A stretch of DNA of 64,000 nucleotides, from assembly GCF_018350175.1 (NCBI RefSeq), contig NC_058382.1, positions 57,290,001 to 57,354,000 on the forward strand, given 5' to 3'. Below the pieces are notes generated by a model. That model was not told where the DNA came from and did no database searches. It saw only the letters and a list, made by a program, of their open reading frames with translations. A program made the translations under genes and the position numbers. Source of the DNA: Felis catus (Eukaryota). This document shows positions 63,030-64,000 of this stretch, piece by piece. Numbering within the stretch: position 1 is the first letter of the stretch; every line of letters begins with the position of its first letter.

Positions 63030-63940
63030 CACAGAACCCAAAGGGGGCCCTGGGGTCCTCGAGCCCTCCTCCCCATCCCGGGACGCGCTCCCAGCGCCCT
63101 CCCCGGAGGTGAGATCTCAGGCTTCTCCTTCAATTACGGACCGGGAACCGCCTACACCCCACATGCCCTGCCGGCTCCGGACCCGGTGACGCAGGGTAAG
63201 GCGAGGTCCGGGAATCCGCACTCGCAACCGGCGTTTGCTCGCCCCCCTCCACCCCGTCCCCGGCTGCAGGTGGTTCTCCTGGTCTGGCAAGACTGGGAAA
63301 CGGCCCACGCCCTCCGGCGCCGCGGTTAACCCCGCGGCCGGCTCCCGGGGCGGGGCGGGGCCAGGTGCGCCCGGGGCGGCCCGCGGCGTAGCTCCGCCCC
63401 GGGGGCGGGGCCTCACCTGCGGCGGGCAGGTGGGCGGCTACCAGGTAACCCGGGCCTGGCCCGGGAGGCTTGGGCGCGCGCAGCCGGCCGCGGCCACGCC
63501 AGGGACCCAGGGACGCGGGCAGGGGCGGCCGGCGGCGGCCGGGAGGCTGGGCGAGGGGCACCCCGCCTGTTCACCATGGTCGAGAGACGCTTCTCTCGGT
63601 TCCTGCAGAAGCTCGCCTTCCGGGGCGCGGGCCACCTGTACGAGCCGCTGGAGAGGAGCGAGTTGGAAATCTTGGTGAGTCTGGGCGACCCGGCGCGGGC
63701 CGTCCGCCCCGCCGCACCCCACCCTCCCCCGCGCCCCCGCCACTCGCCCTCCCCACCCCGGGCTCTAGAAACAAGCCGTCTTCAGAGCAACGCCAGGTCG
63801 CCAGGTCGCGTTGCTACCCCGAGCCGGGCACGCGCCATTTCACCCCCCTCCCCCGCAAAACAGCCCATTTTGTGGATTTGAAAGCGAGGCAGAGGGAGCT
63901 TCAGCGGGTCCCTTAAGAGGCACCCGGCCGGCAAACGACC
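63030..63940 (+). promoter_or_regulatory. ATP2C2 CpG-island promoter with Sp1 GC boxes
   Basis: CpG-dense, GGGGCGGGGCGGGG at 63347-63360 and GGGGGCGGGG at 63401-63410, no TATA box. Confidence 0.82.
63576..63674 (+). CDS. ATP2C2: ATP2C2 (SPCA2, secretory-pathway Ca2+/Mn2+ ATPase) coding exon 1; gene continues beyond the window
   Basis: Kozak context tcaccATGG. 99 nt encoding MVERRFSRFLQKLAFRGAGHLYEPLERSELEIL, then a GTGAGT donor. Resembles the human SPCA2 N-terminus (MVEGRVSEFLKKLGFSGGGRQYQALEK..) and lies downstream of WFDC1 as expected from synteny. Confidence 0.88.
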
Positions 63941-64000
63941 TAGCTGGGCACTCCAGCTAGGTTTCTCCGACTGCAGAGATTTTAAATTCCTGGGTCTCTG

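Noticed and set aside
63675..63881. Continuation of the ATP2C2 ORF to 101 aa
   Set aside because: Read-through into intron 1 past the GTGAGT donor at 63675.
1..64000. A novel multi-gene system, CRISPR array or prokaryotic-type element
   Set aside because: The ~200-bp dispersed repeats are SINEs with TSDs and irregular spacing. I saw no repeat-spacer array and no unexplained long ORF with credible protein character.

Overview
Mammalian genomic DNA, almost certainly from a cat-family species, judged by the ~35 felid-type CAN-SINEs (SINEC_Fc-like). The window holds the complete WFDC1 (ps20) gene on the + strand: six coding exons from 21311 to 40916 give a 217-aa protein with an 8-Cys WAP domain, followed by a 3'UTR exon ending near AATAAA at 42830. 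At the right end lie the CpG-island promoter and first coding exon of ATP2C2 (63576-63674). This matches the KCNG4-WFDC1-ATP2C2 order known from human 16q24. The rest is GC-rich intergenic and intronic DNA with SINEs, MIR/L2/L1 remnants, MaLR/ERVL LTRs, MER20/MER5 elements and microsatellites. Almost all entries in the ORF track are spurious. I found no new multi-gene system. The best second-look items are local: complementary CA- and TG-rich tracts bracketing WFDC1 exons 2-3, three in-frame start codons, a MEF2 site plus G-quadruplex at the WFDC1 promoter, a ZEB/Snail E-box cluster at the ATP2C2 promoter, a GC-converted L1 fossil and an old ~200-bp local duplication. Gene and repeat names come from recognition, not database searches, and repeat boundaries are approximate.
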